Shown: one piece after another, positions 27,299-37,551 of the stretch
Position numbering within the stretch: position 1 is the first letter of the stretch
Layout: each line of letters opens with the position of its first letter
Assembly: GCA_030622545.1 (NCBI GenBank)
Contig: JAUXGA010000014.1
Location: 5,735-69,734 of the forward strand
Length of the DNA: 64,000 nt
Source of the DNA: a bacterium
Lineage (GTDB): Bacteria; Electryoneota; RPQS01; DYHQ01
Direction: 5' to 3'
Position numbers and translations under genes: made by a program
Notes under the pieces: model-generated
Seen by the model: the letters and a program-made list of their open reading frames with translations, nothing else
The model's database searches: none
Told to the model about the DNA's origin: nothing

Positions 27299-27829
27299 AT
27301 GGCGATGAAGAAGAAGGCCACTAAGAGAAAGGCCACTAAGAAGAAAGCCACCAAGAAGAAAGCCACTAAGAAGAAGGCTACCAAGAAGAAGGCCACTAAG
27401 AGAAAGGCCACCAAGAAGAAGGCCACCAAGAAGAAGGCCACCAAGAAGAAGGCCACCAAGAAGAAAGCCACTAAGAAGAAGGCTACCAAGAAGAAGGCTA
27501 CCAAGAAGAAAGCCACTAAGAAGAAGGCCACCAAGAAGAAGGCCACCAAGAAGAAGGCCGCCAAGAAGAAGAGAGCACCCAACCCGGCGTTTATGAAGCC
27601 CATGCAGCCAGACGCTCTTCTTGGCGAAGTTGTCGGCACCAAGCCGATTCCGCGCACCGAAATTACGAAGAAGCTTTGGGCCTACATCAAGAAGTACGAC
27701 CTCCAGGATCCTGTCAATCGCCGGATGATTAACGCAGACTCGAAGCTCCGGCCTATTTTCGGCGGCAGAGCTCAGGTGAACATGTTCGAAATGACGAAAC
27801 TCGTGAACAACCACATCTGGGACGCCTAA
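27299..27829 (+). CDS. Histone-H1-like (KKAT)n repeat fused to a SWIB/MDM2 domain
   Basis: N-terminal about 80 aa of KKATKK repeats. C-terminal 'LLGEVVGTKPIPRTEITKKLWAYIKKYDLQDPVNRRMINADSKLRPIFGGRAQVNMFEMTKLVNNHI' matches the SWIB/MDM2 fold signature. RBS gaaggag. Confidence 0.8.
   Translation: MAMKKKATKRKATKKKATKKKATKKKATKKKATKRKATKKKATKKKATKKKATKKKATKKKATKKKATKKKATKKKATKKKATKKKAAKKKRAPNPAFMKPMQPDALLGEVVGTKPIPRTEITKKLWAYIKKYDLQDPVNRRMINADSKLRPIFGGRAQVNMFEMTKLVNNHIWDA
27310..27560 (+). repeat. Tandem 18-nt coding repeat (second locus), about 14 copies
   Basis: Same unit family as 24753..25113. Confidence 0.85.
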
Positions 27830-27900
27830 GGCTCCAAGCTGAAACGAAGCAAATTTGCAGCGCTGTTTTTTTCTTAAGGCGCAGTATGTCCCATACACTT

Positions 27901-27934
27901 GCGGCCACGGAGTTATCCGTGGCCGCATTTTTTC
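27901..27934 (+). terminator. Rho-independent terminator
   Basis: gcggccacgg-agttat-ccgtggccgc hairpin followed by tttttt. Confidence 0.8.
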
Positions 27935-28056
27935 CCCTACTCGCCGAGCCGGGTTCAGCGCAGGTTCCCGCAGGCCAAATGACGAAGCCAGCGCGCGTAA
28001 CCCGGCCGGAATTTAACAATGAACACTCGCCCCCACCATTTCAAAATCACCCCAAT

Positions 28057-28085
28057 AAAAAAGCCGCTTGTACATCACAAGCGGC
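28057..28085 (-). terminator. Rho-independent terminator (minus strand, after ftsB)
   Basis: gccgcttgt-acatc-acaagcggc hairpin preceded by aaaaaa on the plus strand, i.e. a U-run on the minus strand. Confidence 0.7.
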
Positions 28086-28112
28086 GCTCGATTCCATTCA
28101 ATTTCTGCCCTG

Positions 28113-28412
28113 CTACCGGACCTCGATTTCGTACAGCTCCTCGTTTGGGCCAATCAATCGGTGACGGCGCGCTTCCTCTTCCAGCGCTTCAGGGGACTGT
28201 GTCCGGAGCAGCTCAAGCTGCCTTTTTAACTCCGTATTTTGAGCCTGCATAACTGCGATCTGTTCCTGTGTTCTTTCTAAGTCGCGTCGCAGCTCGAAAT
28301 AGCGAATCAGTCCTCCCTCACCGAGGATAACCGGTCCGGCAAACAGTAGCAGAACCGCTCCCGCCAGCCCTCCAAAAACCCACAAAGATGTTTTTCGCGC
28401 GCGAGTCGCCAT
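28113..28412 (-). CDS. ftsB: Septum formation initiator FtsB/DivIC-family protein
   Basis: N-terminal TM helix followed by coiled-coil 'LERTQEQIAVMQAQNTELKRQLELL'. Located immediately downstream of eno. Confidence 0.7.
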   Translation of the reverse strand: MATRARKTSLWVFGGLAGAVLLLFAGPVILGEGGLIRYFELRRDLERTQEQIAVMQAQNTELKRQLELLRTQSPEALEEEARRHRLIGPNEELYEIEVR

Positions 28413-28418
28413 TCGCTT

Positions 28419-29726
<1,308 letters not shown>

Positions 29727-29829
29727 TCACGTCTATATCGCCTGCGAATGCAGAACGTGGGAGCAATATACAAAAAATTACCCGAAAATCAAATCGGCTA
29801 TCTCAACGCACACGACGACACGTCTGCGC

Positions 29830-30072
29830 TCACGAAGACCCGACAATACTCTCGAAAATATGAAGCGCCTCTTCATAGTTATCACGCGGCACGAGAATTC
29901 GCCACGGTTTCCCCACCGTCGATGTGCCCACCACGACTCCCAATCCTCCGCCGGAGAGATCCGTCTTGACGAGATTGGGAATATTCTTCTCGTCCAAAAC
30001 TTCCGTTATCATCGCCGCATAAACACCCCCGGGCAGTTTCGGCAACGGAACCCATTCCGTATCTTTTTTCAT
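29830..30072 (-). CDS. Small hypothetical protein (DUF2007-like)
   Basis: Start at MKKDTEWVPLP. 80 aa. Abuts the stop of the M1 peptidase gene. Confidence 0.4.
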   Translation of the reverse strand: MKKDTEWVPLPKLPGGVYAAMITEVLDEKNIPNLVKTDLSGGGLGVVVGTSTVGKPWRILVPRDNYEEALHIFESIVGSS

Positions 30073-32282
30073 CGTACAGTTACCTCTCGAAGAGTCATTG
30101 GAGAAGATGGTTCCCAAACGCCTTTGACGACATGTCGCCCTTTTCCAAATCCTAAATAACTATATTTTCCATAGTGGGGAAGTCTGCGCGCGAGGGAAAC
30201 GAGTGCCTCGGAATCTGCCGAATTAATTAGCAACAGCAATCTGCCTTCGCTGTCTTTTCCGCAGATAACTGTCGGAGATAAAGCTCCCTCAGCCGTGCGC
30301 AAAAGTGCCTGTACCTGCGACGCATTGCTGCTGCTTTGCGCAACTTCCTTACCCAAATCAGGCCATCCCACTGTTTTCAGTTCGCCGAAACGCCACGGAA
30401 TTATCACCGCCTGACCCGGCTCGGCAACATCCCGCCACGTCAGTCCTTCCACGATTTCACCGCCCCATTCAGTGATGAGACTTTCAAATAATTGTTTCTC
30501 GCTGCTGTTCATCTCAGCATCCGTGCCGCCGGACAATACGAACAGACGTTTCGGTGCGCCGATGATGGTGGCAATCGTTGCGGGCAGCTCGTCAGGCCAA
30601 AGCAACCGAAGCACGTGCGCATCAGGATCCAATGCCACGCGTTCAGGGCGAACCGGAGTATGAATCGTGCTCACGATGCGCCCTGTCGAGAGCCGTACGG
30701 ACTGCTCGATTTCCATGCCACCTTCACAAAAAGCCTTGAGCGGGAATTCCAATTCATAAGGCGGCTCGCTCGTCTGAAGCACCTCGACTTCAAGCTGCCA
30801 ATTTCCTGTCTCTCCTGCGAGCTTGACCTGCCCGAGCTTGAGTTCTGGGACGTCGCTCCGATAAAGCCACTGATGGAAGAACGGCCCAAGCTCCAGACCG
30901 CTGGCCATCTCAAATTCATACTCGATGTCCGCCCACGAAGCAAATTTGAATTTGTTGTTCGCGTAAAACCGCCGAAGCGCCTTGGCGAATGCTACCTCTC
31001 CTAATTGCCGATGCAGCGCATGAAAAATCATGGCGCTTTTGCCGTAGCCGACGGCTCTGAGCGCAGGATTGGTGCGCTCGCGGAAATCGACTAATGCCGA
31101 GGCCTTCGTTTGTCCGGTGTACGCTGTATAATCACGCAATATCGTCCGGCGGTAATCTCGAGCGGCGCTGTCGCTAATCATTTCTTTATACATGTAATCC
31201 GACAGATAGACCGTAATTCCTTCGCACCAGTTCCCAAGCGTATCGTCCACATAGACCGAATTGCCCCACCAGTTGTGCAGCAATTCGTGAGGGAGCGATG
31301 TGTACGGAATAAACGGCAATCGCACGACCCGGCGTCCCAATAGCGTGAACCCCGGCAACCCATAACCCGTCTCGAAAAAATTCTCCACGACCGCGAATTT
31401 CGCAAACGGATACGGCCCGATTCGCGACGTGTAAATCCCCAGCGCCTTTTCCAGAGAATTCAGATAGACCGGCACAAGCGATGTATCTTCCGGGAAGAAA
31501 AAGGTCTCAAGCAACACATCATCCACACGACGGCTGTGACGCATCCATTTGCCTGCGGAAACCGTCAAACCGTCTATGGGATTAGGCTCGTTGTAAACCA
31601 CTCGCCTGTGACCCTCTGTCGCCGCATCGAGTAAACACTCGCCCGATGTCACGACACGATACTCGGCGGGGATTGCGACTTCCGTGTGAAAAGTCGCCAG
31701 ATCGCGCGGGATGCGAGGGTAGTAAACCGCTTCGGGAGAAAGATAAACGCCTTCCTCGCTGATATAAGCATTGACCTCCATGCCGATTTTTTCATGGCTA
31801 AAGCCTGACAAGCCAGCGGTATCAAAAGCTGTCCCCGACCAGCGAAGGCCCAGTTCAAGTTTCGTCTGCCCTTCAGGAACTGTAATCGGCACCGCCCACA
31901 TCGAAGCCCAAAAAGATGAGTCGCGCGGGTCGTCCGGGACACCGAAGAGCTCGGCGCTCGCAGGCAAATACTCGGCGTAAGTAGTTCCTTCTCCCACCTG
32001 AATAGAAGAAATGGCATAATCCTTTCCTATCAGGAGATGCAAGAGACTGCCAGTGCCCTCCACCGTGATGCGGTCATATCCTTGGAGGCTGTGCTGTTCC
32101 AAATCAAATTTCAGGGACATCTCGTGATGCGTGACGTGCCAGTCTGCCCAAAGTGGATGCCCCCACGAAAACGCAAGCGCCGCCAGGGTTAGAGTCCACA
32201 GCAACCCAAGGCTACGAATCTGGTGTTTCTTTTTTGTCTTTTCCAAAATAAAAAAACCTCTCCATGAGTTTAATATAATCAC
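30069..32282 (-). CDS. M1-family zinc aminopeptidase (secreted)
   Basis: 'HELLHNWWGN' HExxH followed by a downstream Glu, the gluzincin M1 signature. Signal-peptide-like 'LGLLWTLTLAALAFS'. The annotated start overlaps the upstream gene by 71 nt, so the true start may be an internal alternative codon. Confidence 0.8.
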   Translation of the reverse strand: MIILNSWRGFFILEKTKKKHQIRSLGLLWTLTLAALAFSWGHPLWADWHVTHHEMSLKFDLEQHSLQGYDRITVEGTGSLLHLLIGKDYAISSIQVGEGTTYAEYLPASAELFGVPDDPRDSSFWASMWAVPITVPEGQTKLELGLRWSGTAFDTAGLSGFSHEKIGMEVNAYISEEGVYLSPEAVYYPRIPRDLATFHTEVAIPAEYRVVTSGECLLDAATEGHRRVVYNEPNPIDGLTVSAGKWMRHSRRVDDVLLETFFFPEDTSLVPVYLNSLEKALGIYTSRIGPYPFAKFAVVENFFETGYGLPGFTLLGRRVVRLPFIPYTSLPHELLHNWWGNSVYVDDTLGNWCEGITVYLSDYMYKEMISDSAARDYRRTILRDYTAYTGQTKASALVDFRERTNPALRAVGYGKSAMIFHALHRQLGEVAFAKALRRFYANNKFKFASWADIEYEFEMASGLELGPFFHQWLYRSDVPELKLGQVKLAGETGNWQLEVEVLQTSEPPYELEFPLKAFCEGGMEIEQSVRLSTGRIVSTIHTPVRPERVALDPDAHVLRLLWPDELPATIATIIGAPKRLFVLSGGTDAEMNSSEKQLFESLITEWGGEIVEGLTWRDVAEPGQAVIIPWRFGELKTVGWPDLGKEVAQSSSNASQVQALLRTAEGALSPTVICGKDSEGRLLLLINSADSEALVSLARRLPHYGKYSYLGFGKGRHVVKGVWEPSSPMTLREVTVR

Positions 32283-33189
32283 TGAAGGGTTGATCCTCCG
32301 GCGTACGCGCGCGAATGCGACCGAGGGCGTTCAGTTTTGAATCCAAATCATCCGCGTAATGCAGTGTCAGCGCTTCGAAAGTCATCGGTTTAATCGGCGA
32401 GCCCATTTCGCCGCTGCCCTGATGCGATAAAATCAGGTGTAGCAGTTGCCGCCGCGTTTCCTCGGGGAATCCTTCAATCCGTTTCATGCGTTCTTCAACA
32501 AAAAGTGCACCCATCGTGATATGTCCTAAAAGCCGCCCGTCAATCGAATAGTCAATCCCCGCCGAGATTTCCAATTCGGTAACTTTGCCGATATCGTGAA
32601 GCAAAGCGCCGGCGATGAGCATGTCGCTGTTCAGTTCCGAATAATGTTGTGCCAACAGGTCACACAAGCGCGCGACAGACAACGTATGCTCGGCAAGCCC
32701 TCCGATATAGGCATGATGCCACAATTTTCCACCCGGAGCTTCCACGAATCGCGGCCAGATTTCTTTGAATATCTCTTCTAAAAGCTGCCGCAAAGGACTT
32801 TCCGTCAAGCTCTCGATGATTTCAAAGAGTTCCTGCTCCATCTCTTCAGCGGATCTCTCCGAACGCGGGAGAAATGCGTACGCTTCCGGCGCTTCTTCGG
32901 GAGTTGCGACGCGAGCTCTTTGCACCTGAATGCGCGCCACTCCCTGCCAGCGACCGACTGTCCCCTGAACTTTAACCACCTGCCCAACCTGAGCCTCGGA
33001 CTGAAACTCCTCGAAGTTCTCCCAGAACTGCGCTTCGATTCTTCCCGTTGAATCCTGCAGCTCCAGCACCAGATACGGAGCGCCATTGCGGCGAGTGCGC
33101 GCTTCGATGCGACTCAATAGATAAAAGCCAGTGACCACGTCACCGGCAGGCAATTCACGTATTTCGCTGGTAGAAAATTCCGACATCAT
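32212..33189 (-). CDS. HD-domain 3'-5' exoribonuclease (YhaM-like) with N-terminal OB fold
   Basis: OB-fold 'VTGFYLLSRIEARTRRNGAPYLVLELQDSTG'. HD motif 'HAYIGGLAEHTLSV...LLHDIGK'. Confidence 0.75.
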   Translation of the reverse strand: MMSEFSTSEIRELPAGDVVTGFYLLSRIEARTRRNGAPYLVLELQDSTGRIEAQFWENFEEFQSEAQVGQVVKVQGTVGRWQGVARIQVQRARVATPEEAPEAYAFLPRSERSAEEMEQELFEIIESLTESPLRQLLEEIFKEIWPRFVEAPGGKLWHHAYIGGLAEHTLSVARLCDLLAQHYSELNSDMLIAGALLHDIGKVTELEISAGIDYSIDGRLLGHITMGALFVEERMKRIEGFPEETRRQLLHLILSHQGSGEMGSPIKPMTFEALTLHYADDLDSKLNALGRIRARTPEDQPFSDYIKLMERFFYFGKDKKETPDS

Positions 33190-33375
33190 AAACCTAATAG
33201 GTATTCGCCAGAAATGTTAGAGTCAATTTGTACCGGGCACGCTAACGCCAAGCCACGGCAAGTGTAGGGACAAGGCCTGCCTTGTCCGTTCGTTGCCACA
33301 TAAAACGAAAAGGTGTTCAAGTTTGAAAACACCTTTTCTAATATACTAAAAAACGATTTTGAAAGCAAAGCGAGC

Positions 33376-34623
33376 TTAAAAGCGGTAGCTCAGCGTAAAA
33401 AGAAGGCTGTTGAGCGCAATGTCTTCCGTGAGGTCGTCTGACCATCGCTTCCACCGCGAATGCACGTAGCTGACATCCAACATCACGCTCCGGTCCATGA
33501 GGATTCCGAATCCCAAGCCTATAGTCTTTCGATCTTCACTCGACGCCGCGCCTGCTTCCTTGGCGGGTTCCAAACCGAAACCAAGCCGTCCCCTCAAGCC
33601 GTAAAAGGGAATCAGATACTCTCCTCCCACGTGAAGCCCAAGCGTCGAGCGGTAGGTGTCGCGGATATAGAGATTCGCGCGCGTCCGATTATAATCCACA
33701 ACCTGTCCGTCAATCACAACTTGCGATTGAGAAGGATCGCTGCGATATTCCATCTGCGTCCAATCGCGGTAGTCAATATCCGCCGCCAAAAGCCAGCGTC
33801 CCGGACTTAAGCTAAATCCCCATCGGAACATCCACGGCGAGCGCATGCGATAATCCCAGTAACCGGATTGACCAGCCGCTTCCCACTCTTCGGAAGCTTT
33901 GTATGTCACCGGTGATTCGAGAGCTATCCCCATACGCGCCCAGCGTCCAAACCGGACAAGTCCTCCGACGGTTGCGCCCCAGCCGCTGAGGGTGGTGTTA
34001 ATCAAGCGTTCCTCGGATTCCAAGCTGCCGGAATACCAATAATCCTCTTCAACCGTGAGTTCGTCGTTCCCGACCCAATAGTTGACTGCCATGCCAAGCG
34101 ATACATTCGGCGATACATCCACCGCGCCTGTGAAATTCCACGCGCCCAAGCGCCCGGTTTCTAATTCACTCCAGGATTGTGTTTCAAAATCACTATTGTG
34201 CAATCCGGAATTATCCTCCCAGCTTGACCGCGAACCGAAATCCACGACCTGATTGTAGCCGAGGGCAAACGAGAGAGCGCCTTGATACACCGGCACCGGA
34301 AAAACCATTCCAAGATTATTCAAGTGCGTGAAATTGCTCGAAACATCCAGAGGCGTTGTTTGATAGCGCGTCGAATTGGAGTAGCCGGTTTGCAACAACG
34401 ACCCTTGCAGCTCGATGCGTTTGATTTGCGAGATACCAGCGGGATTCCAGTAGGTCGCCGTGAAATCATCGGCAACTCCCGTGTAAGCGCCCCCAAGCCC
34501 TAACGCGCGGCTGCCGGGCCCGGTATACAAGCCCAGTGTCAGAATCGGCGTATCCGGCGCGGATTGCGCAAACGATGTCAGGCAAAGTGCCGGCAGAATC
34601 AGCAGTAGTATAAGCGTTCGCAT
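33376..34623 (-). CDS. Outer-membrane beta-barrel protein, FadL/OmpP1-like (possibly PorV-like)
   Basis: Signal peptide MRTLILLLILPALCLTSFAQSA. FadL-like N-terminal 'ALGLGGAYTGVADDFTATYWNPAGI'. C-terminal '...TLSYRF' beta-signal. Confidence 0.6.
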   Translation of the reverse strand: MRTLILLLILPALCLTSFAQSAPDTPILTLGLYTGPGSRALGLGGAYTGVADDFTATYWNPAGISQIKRIELQGSLLQTGYSNSTRYQTTPLDVSSNFTHLNNLGMVFPVPVYQGALSFALGYNQVVDFGSRSSWEDNSGLHNSDFETQSWSELETGRLGAWNFTGAVDVSPNVSLGMAVNYWVGNDELTVEEDYWYSGSLESEERLINTTLSGWGATVGGLVRFGRWARMGIALESPVTYKASEEWEAAGQSGYWDYRMRSPWMFRWGFSLSPGRWLLAADIDYRDWTQMEYRSDPSQSQVVIDGQVVDYNRTRANLYIRDTYRSTLGLHVGGEYLIPFYGLRGRLGFGLEPAKEAGAASSEDRKTIGLGFGILMDRSVMLDVSYVHSRWKRWSDDLTEDIALNSLLFTLSYRF

Positions 34624-34637
34624 GATGAATTCCCTTG

Positions 34638-35249
34638 CTATTTTCTTCGCCCGAAGTCGCGCTGTTTACCCTTGCTGCTCTTCTTCGGTGTGGCCTTTGC
34701 CGGACGGGTCGGTGTAGAAGCAGGCGTGCTTCGCGGAGCCACATGACTCGGCGGCGGACTGCTCGGCGGAGGTGCAACCGAAGGCGGTGAACTGCCATGA
34801 TCACCATCGCGCCGCCCGAAAGGCCGTTTCGAAGGCGGTTCGCCCGGTGCAGCGGTTCCTCCACCATATCCACCCCAGTAGCCTCCACCCCGTGAATACC
34901 ACCAAGGATAGCCGTAGTAATCCTCCCAGCCGTAATAGCCCGAGTAATAGGGAGGACTGTAGTTGTAAAAATCAAAACCCCAGCGCGTCCTCGGCCGGTA
35001 ACGTCCCCACGTATCCCAACGGTCGTAAGGATCGTAATAATCATAGCCGCCCGGATAGGCTTCTCCGAAAACATCCGTTCTCTCCAGCGTCGTGTCAATC
35101 GCCGAAGAATCGTAGCGCTCATAGAGCGTTTCGGATGTCATCGTTTCGGGAGGTCCGTTGAATCCCGTACGGTAAAGTTTGGTGTAGCATCCGGTGACGA
35201 ACAGCCAGACCAGAACCGCCGGAAGCGCAATCAGTAGTGTGCGTCGCAT
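34638..35249 (-). CDS. Lipoprotein with Tyr/Gly/Trp-rich low-complexity region and Pro/Ser-rich basic tail
   Basis: Lipobox 'LFVTGC'. 'YDYYDPYDRWDTWGRY...YYSGYYGWEDYYGYPWWYSRGGGYWGGYGGG'. Lies 15 nt upstream of the OMP gene. Confidence 0.6.
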   Translation of the reverse strand: MRRTLLIALPAVLVWLFVTGCYTKLYRTGFNGPPETMTSETLYERYDSSAIDTTLERTDVFGEAYPGGYDYYDPYDRWDTWGRYRPRTRWGFDFYNYSPPYYSGYYGWEDYYGYPWWYSRGGGYWGGYGGGTAAPGEPPSKRPFGRRDGDHGSSPPSVAPPPSSPPPSHVAPRSTPASTPTRPAKATPKKSSKGKQRDFGRRK

Positions 35250-35263
35250 TTTAGCCTCCTCCT

Positions 35264-36175
35264 CTAAACGAGGAGTTTAGTCATAATCGCCTTCTGCATA
35301 TGAAGGCGGTTTTCAGCTTGATCAAAAACCACGCTTTGAGGTCCATCCATGACCTCATCGGTAATTTCGCGTCCTCTTTCAGCGGGCAGACAGTGCATGA
35401 CAATCGCATTCTTGTCCGCCAATGACAGTAATTCGCTGTTTAATTGGAATTTAGAAAGAAGTTGCCTCTGCTTTTCGGACTCGTCTTTTTGCCCCATTGA
35501 TGCCCAGACATCCGTGTACAAGATATGTGCGCCTTTAGCGGCTTTCCGGGGATCGTTTTCGATTGAAATCTCCGAACGTCCCGCGGCTCGGGCTTTTCTT
35601 AGAATCTCCGCATTTGGCGGAGTTTCCTTAGCAGTCGCCACCACTAATTGGACGCTCAAAAGGGACACAAGGTTTAACCACGAATTGGTGACATTATTGC
35701 CATCGCCCAGATAAGCTATCTTGATATCTTCCACCCGGCCAAGCTTCTCCTGCACAGTAAAGATATCGGACATCACCTGACAAGGATGAAGCAAATCCGT
35801 AAGGCCATTAATCACAGGCACATCAGCATATTTCGCAAGCTGGACAACATCCTCATGCGAAAACGTGCGAATCTCTATCATGCCGAGGTATCGGGACAAC
35901 ACCTTTGCGGCGTCATAAATCGTCTCTCGCTTGCCCAGCTCGATTTCCTGCTTGGTGATGTAAATCGGATTGCCTCCAAGCTGCGTCACACCGACTTCGA
36001 AAGAAATCCGCGTGCGCAAACTCGGCTTGTGAAAGATCAATCCCACTGATTTGCCCGCCAGCGGTTGCGGGGCAGCTTTATTGTGCTGCAACTCCTTTAA
36101 CTCTCTGGCAAGTACCAAAGTTTCAAAGATTTCCTCTCGGGAAAAGTCCGTAATCGCCACAAAATCTCGTTTCAT
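35264..36175 (-). CDS. argF: Ornithine carbamoyltransferase
   Basis: 'STRTRISFEVG' carbamoyl-phosphate site. 'HCLPAERG' OTCase motif. Confidence 0.9.
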   Translation of the reverse strand: MKRDFVAITDFSREEIFETLVLARELKELQHNKAAPQPLAGKSVGLIFHKPSLRTRISFEVGVTQLGGNPIYITKQEIELGKRETIYDAAKVLSRYLGMIEIRTFSHEDVVQLAKYADVPVINGLTDLLHPCQVMSDIFTVQEKLGRVEDIKIAYLGDGNNVTNSWLNLVSLLSVQLVVATAKETPPNAEILRKARAAGRSEISIENDPRKAAKGAHILYTDVWASMGQKDESEKQRQLLSKFQLNSELLSLADKNAIVMHCLPAERGREITDEVMDGPQSVVFDQAENRLHMQKAIMTKLLV

Positions 36176-36190
36176 GTGTCTCCTACTTTT

Positions 36191-37378
36191 TTAGGAAAAG
36201 TTCTTCGACTCCTGGTTTCCGGATTCCAAATCAGCATGTATTTCAGTTACAAAAACATCCAGTAACTCCCCAGCAACGAAAACCTGCCCTCTTCTCCTGC
36301 CTTCCAGAACAGGAAGAAGAACACCCAGTTCCTCCAGTTTTAATATCGCACTCGCGGCGGCTGGATGACTTACATCAAGTGAACTTGCTGCCGACTTGAT
36401 TGTAATATAGGGGTTTTGGAACAGAATCTCAATTATCCTATTCGCTGTTGGTGTCAATCCAAGGTGTTTGTACCGACTGTACAAGTCGAGAACTTGACCC
36501 GCCCGCCAAATAGCATCCTCAGCCTGTTGGGCGACTCCAGAAAGAAAAAACACCAACCACCGATCCAATTCGCCGGTTTGACTGACGTAATATAGTTGAT
36601 CGTAATATTCATCCCGTTTTTTCTCGAAAAAGGCGCTTAGGTATAGTAACGGTTCGCTGAGACATTCTCGTTCGATTGCCAATAAAGTTATCAATAGACG
36701 TCCCACTCGACCATTACCGTCTAAGAATGGATGAATAGCTTCGAATTGGTAATGTATAAGCGCACACTCAATGAGTGGAGGAATTTGATCAATATCAGCT
36801 CTGTGAAGGAATTTCTCGAAATCATCCAATAGCACTTTCATCTCTTCTATTGGCGGAGGCACATAGTGGGCATTCTCAGGCCCACTTCCCCCAATCCAAT
36901 TCTGAGATATCCTGAATTCTCCCGGAGTTTTTTCCTGGCCACGGACTCCTTGCACAAGCTCTCCGTGGATTTCACGAATAAACCTTAAGCTCAGCGGCAG
37001 TTCCTTACGGCGCTTAAGCGCATAAACAAGAGCCGACACATAATTGCGGACTTCCTTAATATCTTCAGTGTGTGGTCCCTCTGCAGGATCCATCTCAAAA
37101 AGGTACAATTCAGACTGGGTTGACTGGGTTCCTTCAATTCTCGAACTCAATACAGCCTCACGACGAATATACGCTCCTGAAAGCAGATAAGGATTTGGTA
37201 AACGTCGACACAAGCCCTCCAAATTTCCCATTTTCCTGTCTGCAAGAGATAATACTCTGACGACCTCCGCTTGATAATCGAGTTCTCGCGGAATTGCCCC
37301 CGGAATAAAGGCATAATACCCCGTGGGGGCTTTAATGACTCGTCCCGACTTCGCGTTATCAAAATCTCTTGGATTCAT
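36191..37378 (-). CDS. Fic/DOC-family protein (AMPylase-type Fic motif) with C-terminal winged-helix
   Basis: 'HPFLDGNGRVGRLL' canonical Fic motif HPFx(D/E)GNGR. GC is lower than in the neighbouring genes. Confidence 0.9.
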   Translation of the reverse strand: MNPRDFDNAKSGRVIKAPTGYYAFIPGAIPRELDYQAEVVRVLSLADRKMGNLEGLCRRLPNPYLLSGAYIRREAVLSSRIEGTQSTQSELYLFEMDPAEGPHTEDIKEVRNYVSALVYALKRRKELPLSLRFIREIHGELVQGVRGQEKTPGEFRISQNWIGGSGPENAHYVPPPIEEMKVLLDDFEKFLHRADIDQIPPLIECALIHYQFEAIHPFLDGNGRVGRLLITLLAIERECLSEPLLYLSAFFEKKRDEYYDQLYYVSQTGELDRWLVFFLSGVAQQAEDAIWRAGQVLDLYSRYKHLGLTPTANRIIEILFQNPYITIKSAASSLDVSHPAAASAILKLEELGVLLPVLEGRRRGQVFVAGELLDVFVTEIHADLESGNQESKNFS

Positions 37379-37551
37379 TTCAGTATTCTCTTGTTTTTAT
37401 TATGCATAGAGCCAGAAAGTTTCCCTATTAAAGATAACTTTAATAAGGTCTGAGCTTATTAAACAAAAAGCGGATTTTCTTTAATAAGGAAAAATACCTG
37501 TAACTTGTATAACCATGAATCACAGTATCATTTACCATATTTCTTCAATTC

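Noticed and set aside
34466-35122. 218-aa minus-strand ORF overlapping the lipoprotein gene in another frame
   Set aside because: The overlapping frame 34638..35249 carries a textbook lipoprotein signal peptide. This frame is Arg-rich with no features.
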